NCBI GenBank assembly: GCA_964234715.1
Contig: OZ174275.1
Length of the DNA stretch: 64,000 bases
Direction: 5' to 3' (one strand)
Source: Podarcis melisellensis
Lineage: Eukaryota
The position numbers and the translations under genes are program-made. Below, piece by piece: positions 1 to 13,771 of the stretch (positions within the stretch are counted from its first letter, which is position 1; each line of letters starts with the position of its first letter). The notes beneath the pieces were generated by a model. It was not told where the DNA came from. It did not search any database and saw only the letters and a program-made list of their open reading frames with translations.

Positions 1-50
1 AATTCCCCATCTGCACCTGCTTACAAAAGAATGGAATTCTCTATCTGTAC

Positions 51-142
51 CTGCTTACAACGCAGTGAGCAGCTGTGATTATCCACTGAGAGGAAACAAG
101 GGTTCCTCCACAGAAATGACGATTATTTCGTTTCAAGGAAAC
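51..142 (-). CDS. OVCH2: OVCH2 exon 3 (92 nt, contains catalytic His)
   Basis: cacag|GTT TCC TTG AAA...GCT GCT CAC TGC GTT GTA AGC AG|gtacag; [27 protein letters not shown]. Not in the ORF track; found by reading the minus strand. Confidence 0.9.
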
Positions 143-3100
143 CTGTGCCATAAAGAGAACATGTCACATTAGAAAATGCAAACCTTTTCTTATTGCATCT
201 GCAAGAGCAAGACAGAAAACAGAAGAGGCGCCATGCATGTCCTAACATGGTGATTGTTGGCATTCACATTTGAATGTTTACAATCCTGAATGAATTTTGC
301 TAATGTCTGAAAATAGTGTGTGGGGGGGTGTATGCACGCACACACACACACACACACACACACCAACCAAATTACTAGGGATATGCAGCAGTAGTGAATG
401 CTAACTATCACATTCTCCTATAGAACTCTTAGTTTTCAGAGCTTCTCAATATCTGTCTTGCAATGCAAACATTCACATGCAAAGAAGTGATAAGTAGACA
501 GTACTAAAATCATCCTGCCACCTTAGTATTTTTCTCCCTCCCTCTCTCCCTATGTTACAGAGAATGTCTACATTTACATGTTAACCTTCATGCTCATCAT
601 ATCTTAGTTGTTCCCTGTAGCAGAAAGAATGAGGGGAAGGGGAAAAGAGACAAAATAAGTATTATGTGGAATATTGGAACCAGAAGTACTGTTGGAGATT
701 CCCATAGAAGCCTGTGTCAAAGTTGCCAGGCATGTGTGTGGGGGAGTTATTTATTTTAGGAAACTTCAGATAAATGGTCCAAGGAGGCTTGGTGAAGCAG
801 AAGGTGACTCATTCTCAGTCCCCTCTCTAGCTAGAAGGAGGCAGCAAGCTAGTTGAGAACAGAAAACAAAAGAAGCATTCTGGGGCAATCAGATTGCAAG
901 ACACATACATAGAAGCTGGAAAAGATCAAGGCCTTTTGGGCTTTTGCTTCTTTCTGGAGATCTGATGTGGGGAAGCAGTCTTGGCTATCATCTGTTTAAA
1001 TACTTAAGCTGTGTCTCCCCCTATGTTCTACTTGTATATCTGCAAAATTCAAATACTGTATTACAGGGCACTCATTAAAAAGAAACACTTCTTTTACCAC
1101 TGATTTTTGATCTGAAAGATCTGTTTAAATTGTAGACCATATACTCTTACAGACTCCCTTTCACTGAAAATTAAGGCTACAATCCTAGACCTTGTTTACT
1201 TGGGTGGGAGCACCATTAAGCTCAATGGGTCTTACTTCTGAGTAGACATGCTTAGGGTTGTATTCTCAGCGTATCTTCCGATGGGGCTTCATATTTTTAT
1301 TTATTTATTAAATTTATATCTTGCCCTTCTTCCCAAAGGGAGCTCCAGGTAGCAAACAAGTGACTGAACAACAAAAACATATTGAAAACTAAGCAAACTT
1401 CAGATTGCAACCTTTAATTCAGTTTCCATGGACAAACTTTAATGCAAAAGGACTCAAGTTCAATCCCGGGAAGCTGCAGGTAAAAAATTTCAGCTAGGCA
1501 ATATGAAAGATCCCGCCTGAGACCGTGCAGATCTGCTGCCAACATAGATAATACTGGACCAATGGACCAATCATCTGGCTCAGTTTAAGGCAGCTTCCCA
1601 TGCATGTCCCTAGAAGCATGAATAGGTCAAAATATGTTTTGGGCAAGGGCAAGCTTTGTCCCACCTGTTGGATTTCTGAAAGAGAAATAAAGGTCTATTT
1701 CTCATCAGGGAACCCCAGGCAAAGGGTGTTTTGAGGGCATGAATTACTTTTCCCGAGATAGGCCATTGCTTATGGGTTTGAAGCTATTGTTTGAATTTTC
1801 CCAAATGGTAGGCCTGTCGCAGTTTCTTAAAATCACTCCTGCTTTGTAGGCAATATATGAATCACAACCGTTTTCCAGCAACCAAGAGAGAACGGAGATT
1901 GTTCTTGCCACCTGCAAGCAATACCCTGGTTTTTGGTGTGTGTGTGTGTGTCCCCCGCCCACTTCCATGATAAGCTAGGCCAGCCTTCCGCAAAAGTCTA
2001 CTGACTTCCAGATGTTTTGGGCTACAGTTCCCATGAGCACTAGTCAGTATGGCCAATGGGCAGGGATGATGGGAGCTGTAGTCTGAGACATCCAGGTGGG
2101 GGAAAGCTGAGTTTGGAGACCTTAGATCTTGGACTAAAGATGTAACTGGGATGGATATGCTCACCTGCCATGGGTGAGAACCTTGTTGCACCTGAGTCCC
2201 GCCAACAATCCGAGAGAGATAGCTATAAAGATGCCATGAATTTGCGTCCACTTTCTGCCCACACTTGGAATCTGAAATGCATAAAAAAAGAGAGAGAAGA
2301 GTGCAGAAAATGGAGGGGGAGGGCAAGACAGCTGGATGTCATTCTCCAGTTTTTTCCATAAGATGCCAAATAACTTTTCACTTCCAGATGGTACTAATTG
2401 AAGTTTTCCCATTAATATCTAATAATTTATATTATTACTAATCTTAGGCTGTTATCCTTCATCTATGTATGTCAGAGTAATCCCACTGAACTCAGTATAA
2501 CTTACTTCTGAGTAGAGAAGGCTTGCACTGCAAGTCACTATGAATGCAGTGAGTAAAACTCAAGTTACTAGCAAAAACAATCAACACTCAAGGTTCTAAA
2601 TTTGAGAAGTGCACTCAAACTTTGTGTTTTCATTCTGCTGGTTGACCTTTGCAAAGAAAAATAGCTCAAGATATATGTGTATGTTTAACATACATAGCAA
2701 CATCTATGCACAGTCAGACCTCTATAGAAATGGTCTTATTGGGATTTCAGATGGGCTACCTTTATCCAGCAGGGGAATAAAAAAGAGAACCCAGGCTTCG
2801 GGGTGTGTTTGTCATAGCTTATTTTGAAAATATACACAGTGGTTAACAAGTTACATTCTCATGCCAAATAGAAGTGAAATATCTTCACAGAAGTGAAATG
2901 GAAGTGAAATATCACTCTCCGGAAAAGTTTGCTATAGCTAGAAACCACTGCGAAGTTGTATCAGATTTGGCTTTACCAAAGGTCCAGCAGCACTTCTGTT
3001 TGCCTCTATGGCTTCTATCTATCACATAAACATCAAAACTGATATATGAATAAGTAAAGTTCAGAAAAATATATTCATTGCTGTCATACAAAGTTTCATG

Positions 3101-4040
3101 AATAGACTATGTCCAGGATCATAAATGAAGTATGCACTGTAATACATTTGTTATTCTTTAAGAAGAAACAAGTAGTGATTTCACTGTGTTGATGCATGAA
3201 TTCCACATGGTGACTCTTCTGAAAAATTCATATACAATACAGGCCTGTCCAAAGTCTGAAAAAAAGCTCAACAACTTCAATCCTAAAGAAAAGGTTAACA
3301 ACTTTGGTCGGCCCTCACGGCCCTTCACTTCATTAAATCTGGCCCTCTCTGAAAAAAAGTTTGGACGCCACTTATACATGCAATGGCCTGCTTTTCTTGC
3401 ATTACATTATGCATGTAGCTGCTGTCACAGCTCATCTGAATCAACTCACAATTTTGTCAGTCAATAAATAGCCATTTGCTCCTTAGGCAAGGCAGTTTGG
3501 ACTAGGGGAGGGAAATCAGTACACCCCATGCAGAAGAACTGCAGCTGGGATGAAATTGAGAACTTTAAAAAAAAAAAAAGCTCCTAGATTACTGCTATTT
3601 TTGAGTGGGATTCAATCACATGGGCAAATTCAGGTTTCACACTTATAATGGATTGGAAAGTCTTGCACAACAAACCCACTTCCTCAAAAGACTGAACTTT
3701 CTGCAGTAAGGAAAGCAAGGGGGAAATGCAATGGAAAATGTGAAATGACATTGTGCCGATGCAAGTGTTATCAAACCTCCGCACAAACGGATCAAAATGA
3801 ATGCTCATTGAACAGCCAACGTCTAATCTTCCTCAAAACAAATCAGGCTGGAGGCACTCCGAGCGAAGATAACATCTACTAATCATGCGGTAATATGGAT
3901 CCATGCCGTTAGAAAACATTTAAAGACAAGCACGAAATCATGGCCATACCTTGCTGATTAGACATTGGTGCAGAGCTTCCTTCTCTAAGATACACTGTCC
4001 CAAGCATAAGTAACAGCAGATCGCCCGGGGACACTGGCAT
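51..4040 (-). CDS. OVCH2: Ovochymase-2/oviductin-like serine protease, 5' part (exons 1-3; gene continues past the left edge)
   Basis: join(complement 3950-4040, 2165-2271, 51-142) is in frame with AG/GT boundaries: [51 protein letters not shown]|[45 protein letters not shown]. Shows a signal peptide, propeptide Cys, activation site R|IVGG and catalytic His motif TAAHC. N-terminus and exon layout resemble OVCH2 as I recall it. Confidence 0.8.
338..363. repeat. (CA)n microsatellite
   Basis: Run of CA dinucleotides. Confidence 0.9.
2165..2271 (-). CDS. OVCH2: OVCH2 exon 2 (107 nt, zymogen activation site)
   Basis: tttcag|AT TCC AAG TGT GGG...CCA TGG CAG|gtgagc; encodes SKCGQ...[17 protein letters not shown]. 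Confidence 0.9.
3240..3373. mobile_element. Internally deleted non-autonomous hAT element, same family as 15813-16030 in opposite orientation
   Basis: Shares ctcaacaacttcaatcctaaagaaaaggttaacaactttggtcgg with the reverse complement of the 15813 element; termini cagg..tgtccaaa / tttggacgccac. Confidence 0.65.
3950..4040 (-). CDS. OVCH2: OVCH2 exon 1 coding part (91 nt, signal peptide)
   Basis: gaaaATG CCA GTG...CAG CAA G|gtatgg; hydrophobic [11 protein letters not shown] core; phase-1 donor matches the phase-1 acceptor of exon 2. Confidence 0.8.
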
Positions 4041-4080
4041 TTTCAGGCTGTAAGTGACTAAGTTAAACAGAGTGGAGAAC

Positions 4081-4086
4081 TTTATA
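4081..4086 (-). promoter_or_regulatory. Candidate TATA box of OVCH2
   Basis: cTATAAAg on the minus strand about 40 nt upstream of the ATG, consistent with a short 5' UTR. Confidence 0.5.
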
Positions 4087-4704
4087 GGAGCAAAGAAGAA
4101 GCTATAACACAGTGGGAGAGCAGTAGCAGCATGATTAAAGTGTAGGTTACTCATTAATCCAGCTGTAAAGCTTTTAACCAGGCATTACTAAATTTTCCCA
4201 CATTTAACCAAGCATGATTCCTTTTCTCAAGGGACTGTGGGTTTAAAACAAAAGCCTGCTAAATACTGAGTTTGACTGTCTCAAGAGATCAGCCTATACA
4301 TTAAAAAGAACAATAAATGCAGACACCCCCCCCCCGGCTGGTCATCACACAAAGTCCTTTACCAGCTTAGCTGATTATTTAGAACTCCAGTTTAATTACA
4401 GCTGTTTCCAAGGCTATCTGCATCCTTCTTTTCTTTTAATAGATTTGAGAGCAAAATAACACTCTATGCTGACACTACAACCCTAATTAATTTACTAGGG
4501 AACCTAATGTGATTGAATCCACTTGAACTTATTACTAGCTTGTTTGGTTAAATATCTCATCCTAGGAGCACATTTTCAATAAAACACAGTTGCTAGTTCT
4601 GCTATATTCATGCATGGATGGCATGAATGTTGTGCAAAATTACAAGATAAAGCCTTCAGTTGCACAGAAATTATAGCCTAAATAAAGGAATATAGAACAG
4701 CTGG

Positions 4705-5075
4705 AGAACCAGTGTAGTAAAGTGGTTAGCATAATGGATGATTACTTGGGAAACCAGGGTTAAAATCCACACTCAGCAATGGAATTAACCTGGCAAGTTA
4801 GGGCCAGTCACTATCCCTCAGCCTAATTTAGTAGTAGTAGTAGCAGCAGCAGTAGTAGTAGTAGCATACTGCCCTTCACCCATAGATCTCAGGGCAGTTC
4901 ACAGCATAAAATCACAAGATAAAAACACAATATACATAACAAAAACAATAACAAATGAAACCAATAGCCCCCTCCTCTAACTCACCAAGTTGCTGTAAGG
5001 ATAAAATGGGGAGCGGAAGAATCATATATGCCACCTCCTCAGAGGAAAGGTGAGATATAAATGTAATAAAGTAAT
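4705..5075 (+). mobile_element. Old tRNA-derived SINE interrupted by a younger insert with a (TAG/CAG)n tract
   Basis: Degenerate A-box (agtggttagc) and B-box (ggttaaaatcc), body gggccagtcactatccctcagcctaa resumes near 4980, A-rich tail; microsatellite at about 4829-4865. Boundaries approximate. Confidence 0.5.
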
Positions 5076-8000
5076 ATAAATAGCAAATTTAAAAAATACA
5101 AATGAAACAATCCAATTACAAAAAATAATAATACAGCAGTGGTTTAGAGCAGTGGTTCACAGAACTTTTAATGAAGTGCAGCTTGAAACAAATACGTTTT
5201 TAACGTCTAGTGAAAACTTCTTTATGAGAGAGTTCCAAAGTACAGGGCCTCTGAAAAAGTAGCGTCTTTAATGCGCACCAGTCTGTTTGACCTTGACAGT
5301 GCAACTTAAGGACCAGCTGGATTTGATTGGAAGGAAGCAGTCCTTCAAATCACCTTTAAACCAGCCTAAACAATTTTTAAAATTATCGTTGTTTTAAAAA
5401 TACTCCTAGTTACCAATACAACCAGCGACTCCACAGATAGCATCAAGTCCAGGAGAACCCTCGAGCTGCAGACTTAGTGGAACCCAATCCAGGTCAGGTT
5501 GCAAGTCTCAGATCAGAACGCAGCCCAAAATATTTAACTGGATTAAGCTTCAATTTTTCTCCCAGAAATGAACAAAGCAGTTTCTAACTTTTCCTAGGAT
5601 TATAAAACAAGGTGCTCTTAGGGTCTGGTCCATTGGTGAGACACTATAAAAAGGACCTTAAATCCCATGAAAACCACTGCAATTGTAAGAGGCCAGGTTT
5701 CTCTTCAAAAGGCAACGTACAAAATTTCTGAAATGCTGACCTTTTAAAACTCCCAGGCATTCTTGCAATATAAACTATTTATAGAACAGGACGTCACAAG
5801 GCATGTACCTCCTAGGATTCCTTGGCACCATGAGTTTTAAAACTTTCCAGAAAGGTAACTGAAGCTCTCCTGGACCGTTTTGTACATACTTCAATGATTA
5901 ATTTTTTTAATAGTATTTAAAATGCATTGTTTCTCAGTCTGTCTTAAGAGCTTGTGTCAGGTGAAGTCCGTGGCCAGTAACTGCTGCTCTCTGTGCCTGG
6001 TGCTTGTTTTCTGCTAAGGCAAGATGGGGAACTTCAGGCCTGGGAGACCAAATGCATCCAGGCATCTTTATCTGGCCCTTGGACCTCTCCACAAGCCATG
6101 CTTCTTCTCCTGTGCTGGGAGACTGACTGGGACTGAAAGGAGTCTGTTGTGGAGGGCGGAAGGTTCCCCACCACTGGTATAAGGTATCTCTGATAAGGAG
6201 CAAGAGATGGTGGCAGCTGAAAGTGGGCTTACCACTGGTAGGGAAGCAGCTTATTTGCACTGCTTCTGAGACAAGCCCAATCTTCATTCAGGAGGTAAGC
6301 AGCTAAAATCTGGGTAACCTTTACCATCAACTCACCTGATCACCTTTTTGCTGCTTGTCCACAGAAGGGAACAGGCACCTGAGCAAATCAGAAGGGCATC
6401 TCAGGCTCAGGTTGCTTATTCCGACTGGTCTTTCCCTGGCCGCCACTTCTCCTTGGGGCGCGGAAAGCCGTTCTCCAGTGGAGGAGTGGCAGGTGAGCTG
6501 AGGAAGCAGGAGCTGGTGGGAGTGGAACTGGAAGAGACACAAAAAGAGCCAGGTGAAAGGAGAACTAAGTGTCCCTCTCCTGCCAGCTAGCTTGCCTCTG
6601 GAAAGCTCTCTCGGTCTCCCACACAGACATACTTGCTTTGCCGAGCCAAAGCTGTGACTGAACTCTGAAGACGTGTAGTCAAGGTGGAATGGGTCGTTCT
6701 GAACTCGGCAAAGCGGCAGTCCTGCAATCCTGCACAGCCCTAACTCTGTGTTCTCCCCAGAATTCAATTCCCTGCCCAGGATTCCCTCATGCATGTGCTC
6801 CTCGGCGCATTTAAAATTAATTCCACCCCAAGCTGGAAACAGTAACTCCAGCTAAGGAGACAGCAGCCCTGGGGAGCATGTAAAAAGGAGAGCTGGCAGG
6901 CATGGAAGCGATTAAACATCCTTCTGCCTTTCTGCTGATTCTCTCCTGTATATTCCCCCACCCCCAATCCATTTCACATTCCTTGTATCTAAAGCAGCCT
7001 TCATTTAACCCTCCAGATGTTGTAGTTGTGCTGACAGAAATTGTTGTCCAAAACATCTGGAAGGTACCAGCTTGATTAAGGCTCATATGCTCCCCAGTTT
7101 GGGACTCTTCTGGGAATATGTATTTGCCAAAAAACAATCTCGGGTCAGCCCCTACTAGCTATTAAAGATATTTCTAATATAAGCTATGTAGCTCTCTCAA
7201 CTTTGGTTTTTCTTTTATAACTGGCAGAATGCCCAACAAAAATGAAAGAAAGATAGTTTCATAGCAATAACCTATCCTTGCTAATGTATTTGTTTTCCTT
7301 TGTACTTGCCTAAGACCAATTTTGGCGGCTCATTGTGGGGGCCTTATTGATGAAAATGAGGCCTGCAGATGAAAAATGGCATTGAAATATGTCATGAGGC
7401 CAACCCTGCAATGTTCTAATAAATGACAATATTATCAAGATGGGATAATACACTGGTCCATGTAACTGAGTTGGCAAAAATACCGAGAACAAAGATTTCC
7501 TGGGATACAAACTTGGTATGTTATAAAAAGCTGCTGTCTGTCAGCCTGCTGACCAGACTGCCTCTTACAAAAAAAAGCTGTAAACCCCAAAACCATGCTG
7601 ACCTTTGCTTAAAATATAAACTTTTGAGTCAAAGTAGTATTATGAACAAACTCGTTTGCTTTCTCTTCTCCCATTACAGAGCCATTGAAGGAAAGGTAAC
7701 ACAATGTTCTGGGATTTAGAGGAACAGTAAGCCTGAAGGTGACATATATCTATCCAGTGTTTTCCCTAGAGCTGAAATGAGGGAGGGTTGGATTTCTTGA
7801 TTTAATTTTGTACAGCTCAGGTAATTAGTTTCTGAAACACAATGAGTTAATTCTTCCATTGCGTCTTGTGCGTCTGCTGCTTCCGATCCTTCCGTTGATA
7901 TCCTTATTATTTCATTCACATGAAGATCAGCTTGAAGGTGACTTTTTTTTTTTAAGAACATCAAATTCTATTCAGCGATGAAAAAGAACACACTGAACTG

Positions 8001-9754
8001 CAGTTGTTGTGTTTGGAAATGACCAGAGCGCAACTCCTACTAAGTCCATTCCAGAAAACATAGCAGTTAGTTTGGGTTAAAACAGCAACATTTCAACTAG
8101 AAAACGACAACACTGATTTTGGTTCAGAGAATTGTTTGTGTACATGATTGTTGTGTGTGTGATAGAGGAGGACAGAGACGATAAGAAATCCTACGTACAG
8201 TATTCATTTCATGTCTTCAATCACTTAATAGTAGGTATGCTTCTCTTTTGATTTTTGGTATAGGGAACTTTATTTACTTCATTTTGTCATGAAGAGGTGA
8301 TCTCAAGTTCCAAAGATTTAGTTCTTCTTTGGTTCTCCAAGGTATGGAAGTGACCAGTCATCAGTTCTTCAGCTGAACTACTTGCTGAAAATGACTCCAT
8401 TGAACACAGCAGAGACTTCTATAACTTTCAATAGTCCCACTTACCTTTAACTTTTAATTTACTTCCCTGTCTTTTCAGAGTTTTTGTTCGAATTCTGAAT
8501 TGGCACACAAGCTGCCTAATGGAGAGGTGGAGGGCAACACAATATAAGTCAGGAGTAAAAAATATCAGTGTTGCCTTGTCTTTTCAGTGCTCATCTCTTT
8601 TGAAAATGCAAAAAACATTTATACACACACATACACAATATCAGAATTTTTAAATATCTCCTATTACAAAGTCATGACGGCTTGTAGCAGTAGCCTTGTT
8701 GAGTGTAATGTTTAATTTCACCTTAAACTCAAATGAAACTAGATAAAAATCCTAATTTAAGAGCCAGGTTTCTGAGAAATGAATTGTTCTGAAAAGCAAT
8801 GAAACTCAGGTCCAATCCTCACTGTAGCAGTAACTTATTGTTATTGAAATCTCATTAAATCACACATTACAAAGACACGGAAGAAGCACAGGTGGCTGCT
8901 TCTCACATTGCACCAGAAGTGTGAAACCATTCTGACTTCCCTTCTCCCTCTCAGCCCATAAGGCCACCATATAAATAAGATATTTCATCTCAGTCTGTTC
9001 AAGGCTGCTTCAATTTTCTGAGAATCGTCCACTGATTTCTAACATGGCACATGCCAAGGCCAGAATGGTGCTTGGAGTCCTGCCAGGCTCAGTGATCATA
9101 CGTCAGTGGAAAGGTGGAGGCGGACGATGCTCTCAGTGCACACCAAGGGCTTGGCTTCAAAACGATGGCATTGTTTGATGGGTTTGCACAACCTCTTTCA
9201 CAAAGCACGTCCCTTTGGGGAGATTCATAAAAAGAAGACATGTAGCTAGGATGGTGTCCAAAAAGTCCAGAACAAAGTGGCCGGCCGTGCCAAATGTTTT
9301 CAGTGTTTCCAAAGAGGAAGAGGAATTCAAGCCAGTTCACTGAGGCATTCTCTTGGGGGCAGTCGACAATGGCAAACTTTAGCTGACACACATAACAGGA
9401 ACATGTCCAGGAACTTGTAAGATCTCGCCAAGCTGTTGCTTCTCTGATTAAATGCAGAAATGGCCCATTCCAAATCGTCAACTGGGGCGACTGTTGAGAT
9501 TCCTGCACTGTGGGGGCTAGATGATCCTCAGAGCTCCTTCCAACTCTACAGTTCTATGACACTATGTCTTGGGTGCCCACTCTATTATCCCGCCCATCAC
9601 TGTAGCTCAGTTGCCTTCTCTCTCCATGCAATGGACTTAAATGAAGCCCAAAAGTTATCAGTCACTAAAATGCTCAGAGCACTGGTGCGTTTTCTAATCC
9701 AGCTTTCCCCAAACTGATTGACATCCAGATGTTTAATACTACAACTCTTATCAT

Positions 9755-9832
9755 TTAGTGTATTTTTCTTTCTGTGGAAGCCGCCCAGAGTGGCTGGGGA
9801 AACCCAGCCAGATGGGCGGGGTACAAATAATA

Positions 9833-9898
<66 letters not shown>
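9755..9898 (+). mobile_element. L2-type LINE 3' end with long (ATT)n tail
   Basis: ggaagccgcccagagtggctggggaaacccagccagatgggcgggg followed by about 20 ATT units; the same terminus occurs near 12160 and 21810. Confidence 0.75.
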
Positions 9899-9900
<2 letters not shown>

Positions 9901-10160
9901 CAGTTTGCCTGGTGCCTTCATTATACACCTTTAGGCACCAGGCAAAAACGTTCCTTTTTAACCAGGCCTTTGGTTGCTCTGATTTACATCCTATGCCCTT
10001 TTAAAATGTGTTTGGGTTTTTTTTGGGGGGGGAGAGTCTATTGGGTTGTTGTTTTTATTTTTATCATGTATTTTGTGGTTTTATATATTGATTTTATTCT
10101 GTGAACCACCCCGAGACCCCTGGATATAGGGCCGAATATAAATTCAATAAATAATAAAAA
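9899..10160 (+). mobile_element. Older L2-type LINE 3' end
   Basis: aggcaccaggcaaaaacgttcc...caggccttt also seen near 41090; ends in an (AATA)n tail. Confidence 0.55.
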
Positions 10161-12139
10161 TAATATATATGATAATGCCTCACAGTCTGAGAGGTTCCAC
10201 TTAAAAGGGGAGGGTTAGCCAATATTTTTCACTGGCCTGGCATCTTCCTTTCAATACTCCAAATATTATGTAGATTCTGCCATTTATTAATTTCTAACAT
10301 TCACTAATTCTAGCAGCTATGAGTGTGCTTGCACCCCCAAACTCTGTTACCCCAGATCTATAACAATGTGTAGAGAGCTGCTGCTTAATCCTGCCACAAG
10401 GTGGCAATAGCACACAGCCTCTTGCACTGATAATTTAATCATGCTGGCAGGCTGCCTTAAAAAAAATAATCCATTCCAATAAATATTTATTGCTTGTAGC
10501 CTAGGGCTATTGCAAATACAGCAAAATGCCTATTAGCACAGACATAAAATGTGAATGAATACGCTCTCCTGTTTAAAATGCAACCGAAATTAAAAGAAAC
10601 CTTTAAATTCCTCTGAGGTTGCTCTTCTTCAGATTAACAAGTCACAGTTAAAAACCATGAGCATATGGTTCAAGATTCTCTTTTAAAAATACCCACTGTC
10701 TTTTATTATCATAAATAAATCAGAAGCACAAGGACAATACAGTAAGTATATATATATATATATATACTGTCATAAATGAGTGTAAAAACTCTAGGAATCA
10801 TTACAGTTTGGGACATGCGCTGCGTGACTCATGACCAAGCAAGAAGTAAAAGTACTGCCAAAAATAGCAACCTCCACCCTGTATTGTGGATAGGAAGCAG
10901 GGGGAGGACTGAGACAGTTAAGTCATTCTGAGGAATTAGTTTTGCCAAGAATTAAAAATCTCCAATTACCAAACCTGGATGCTATTGAAGCGGGTGGGAG
11001 ACCTGTGAGGATAATATGTGGAAATAAATATATATATGTGGGTGATGTAGGATATTGTAAATTCCCCTCTGCATGAATAGAGAAGGAAGCCCATCCTCAG
11101 AGAATCATAGGATTGTAGAGCAGGGGAGATCAGACCTTGGAAACTTCTTCTGAGGAGCAGAGGCCTCTTCACCCAACTCGCCCTTAGGCCTTTTGCTCTG
11201 GGGCAAAAGTGGATTTCAATTTGCAGTGCCAATAGAGGGGGGGAGGCAAGAGACAGAGCATATGCCACCCAATTTATAAATGTATTTGGTTGGGTACCCA
11301 CTGCCATTTATTCGGGCTCCATTGCACTTTCACCACTGGCGTCTGAAGTCATCTATGTATGACGCTGGCCACATGACATGTCTACCCTGCAGTTTCTTGA
11401 GAAACACTGCTGCTTGTTTTCTCTCAAACCAGCTTCCATCCCATTTGAGAACATGAACCGCCATTTACTTTGCACTTAAGCAAAGTGTGTACATTTGAGT
11501 TCAGGCTGGGGTTACAGGTGTAGGGAACCCAAACAAGTATTATGCATGGCTGTGTGTACATCAATGTGCAAATGCAACTTGCAACACAGTGGAAGGGGAG
11601 AATAACCTTGCTGTGCTTTAGACTGCTAATGTGCTCTTATGGTGATACCAGATTTCTTATAACGCTTTAGAAAGTCAACGTGTTAGAGTTCATTGCATTT
11701 TACATAGTTAATTGACAGATATTTTTTAAAACACTGAATGACCAGAGGCTAGAGAAGAACTCAAAATTATTTGTTTTATGGATTGGTAATTGCTTACACC
11801 CCCCCTCCCCCGGCCACTATTGCGAGTTAAATATTAATATCTCATGAGGATCTGTATTAGGAATCACTGATTTAGGAGTGTCTATCCCAAATCTGGTTGA
11901 AGAACCATAGGAAGAGAGATCAGAGGTCCTGATATTCCTTATCAACAGCCAGCACTTGGACAGCAGACTGAGCAGATAAACAGATCTCTTGGTCACCACC
12001 TTCCACACTATAGTGAGATGTGTGATGCTTCTATTTAAATAGTAACAATCATTTCTAAGATTGCATGCAAGTGTTATGTAAATTTCTGACCTCTTTTGTG
12101 GGGATGCAATTCATTTATTTAAATAAATATATTCTCATT

Positions 12140-12212
12140 GTATTTTAATATTCTGCTGGAAGTTGCCCAGAGTGGCTGGGGAAATCCAGCCAGAAGGGAG
12201 GGGTATAAATAA

Positions 12213-12266
<54 letters not shown>
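12140..12266 (+). mobile_element. L2-type LINE 3' end with (ATT)n tail
   Basis: Same conserved terminus (gcccagagtggctggggaaatccagccaga) plus (ATT)n at about 12213-12266. Confidence 0.75.
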
Positions 12267-12270
<4 letters not shown>

Positions 12271-13771
12271 CCTCCAAGAAGCTTGAGGTGGCATACACTC
12301 ATTTCACCTGCAAAATTATCCTGTTGGGCAGGTTTGGCTGAGAGGCTGTGATTGGCTCAAGGTCATGCAGTGAACTTCATGGCTGAGTGTGGATTTGAAC
12401 TCTGCTTTCCTAGGCTCCAGTTCAACACTCTAACCATTATTTAGTCAGTATTTGCACTGACTAAATGAAAGGACCCAGTACTGTGTTGTTGCATGTCTCA
12501 GAGAATATGAAAAACTCCATAATAAGCAAGTCCATACACATTTGCTAATGTATTGCAGACGTCCTTTAAAAAAACACATCGTAGTTTACAGTTTATTCAT
12601 TGCTGTTTTTTCTATGCTATTTTTCATCACAATAACCCCAAACATAATGACCCCAAATGCTTCCATAAAACAAACATCAAATATAACAAAATCAATAGCA
12701 TGTGATAAAGTATAATTAAAGCATTCACAAAATCAATAGATAACTGGAAATAAATTCTCAGCAATGCAAGGAGAGACCCAAGCAGAGGCCATTCGGATGC
12801 AGCCTCCAGAGGCTTTGGAAGACAAATAAGCCTTTACCAAGCAGTGAATTCCCATAAAATTCCCCTTGGGAGAGTAGCATGCAGCTTTTGTTCTGCTGGT
12901 GCCCTGTGAGCCATCTATTCTTGCCCTTAACATGTAAGCATCACTTCTAATATGTCTAGCCATCCCAGTTTTCCTTCCAGCCTGAGAGAATTCTGCTGCC
13001 TTCCAAGCCTGTTCTGATCACAGCTCCGAGCAATTGCATAATGCAGCAATTAGTGGATTGCCTTCACTGTTCTCCTTTTGCTATGCATGTATCACTAATG
13101 TATGCAGATTCCAACTTTCACCTCAGTCTTGCCCTTATTTTTATGAATAGAAGTATTTAATATTGCCAACATAAAAGGCAGCATGCAGAAGCTCAAACTA
13201 GCAACATCTTCGCTTTTCAAACACTGCTTTTTTCTTTTCTTCTTTTAAAATTGCTAAATAGATTTATTTCCAATCTAACTGTTACAAGTGTGTTCAACAA
13301 GTATAAAGTTCCCTTACATGTATGTTCATTTGCTCTAGTTTCCTAAGAGTCAATTCTTCAAACCACTGCTAGCATGTGTGTTTTTAAAAACCATGAAAAT
13401 AATGCACGGTATATGCTGCATAACAGTCTTTATTTAATAACAAGTTTACATCACAATGTCAACCAACATTTATCGCAACTGAATCTGCAAAAGCTTATTA
13501 ACAGTGAGAAATATCTGTACATTCAGTCAAGCCTGATTTCTGTCTACTGTAGCATCCTATAGCTAGAAAAATTATAACCTCAGTGTAACGTTAACACAGC
13601 AAGAATTCAAGAAAAGAAAATGTAGTACATTTTCTTTTGACATTGACATTGACTTTGTATTTCCTTTAATGTGTTCCTTAGATTTTAAGATCATAGAGTA
13701 GTTAGGGAAGAAATTAAAGGCTATCTGGGGAAAGTGGTCTCAGTTTGAATTAACTTGCATATATCTTATCT

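Noticed and set aside
5934-6794. 117-aa and 155-aa ORFs in a GC-richer patch upstream of OVCH2
   Set aside because: No recognisable protein motifs or splice structure; probably decayed repeat (possibly an old L2 5' region).
8285-8515. Two adjacent exon-like open frames on the minus strand forming a small gene
   Set aside because: The implied intron is under 30 nt, too short for vertebrate splicing, and the peptides are not recognisable.
9089-9508. 139-aa Cys-containing ORF on the minus strand
   Set aside because: No recognisable domain, it begins in a CR1 tail remnant, and there is no consistent exon chain; cannot be supported as a gene.
9718-10104. Poly-Leu ORF resembling a membrane protein (also 12163-12351, 21755-21952, 59990-60187)
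   Set aside because: Translations of (ATT)n or (AAT)n microsatellites.
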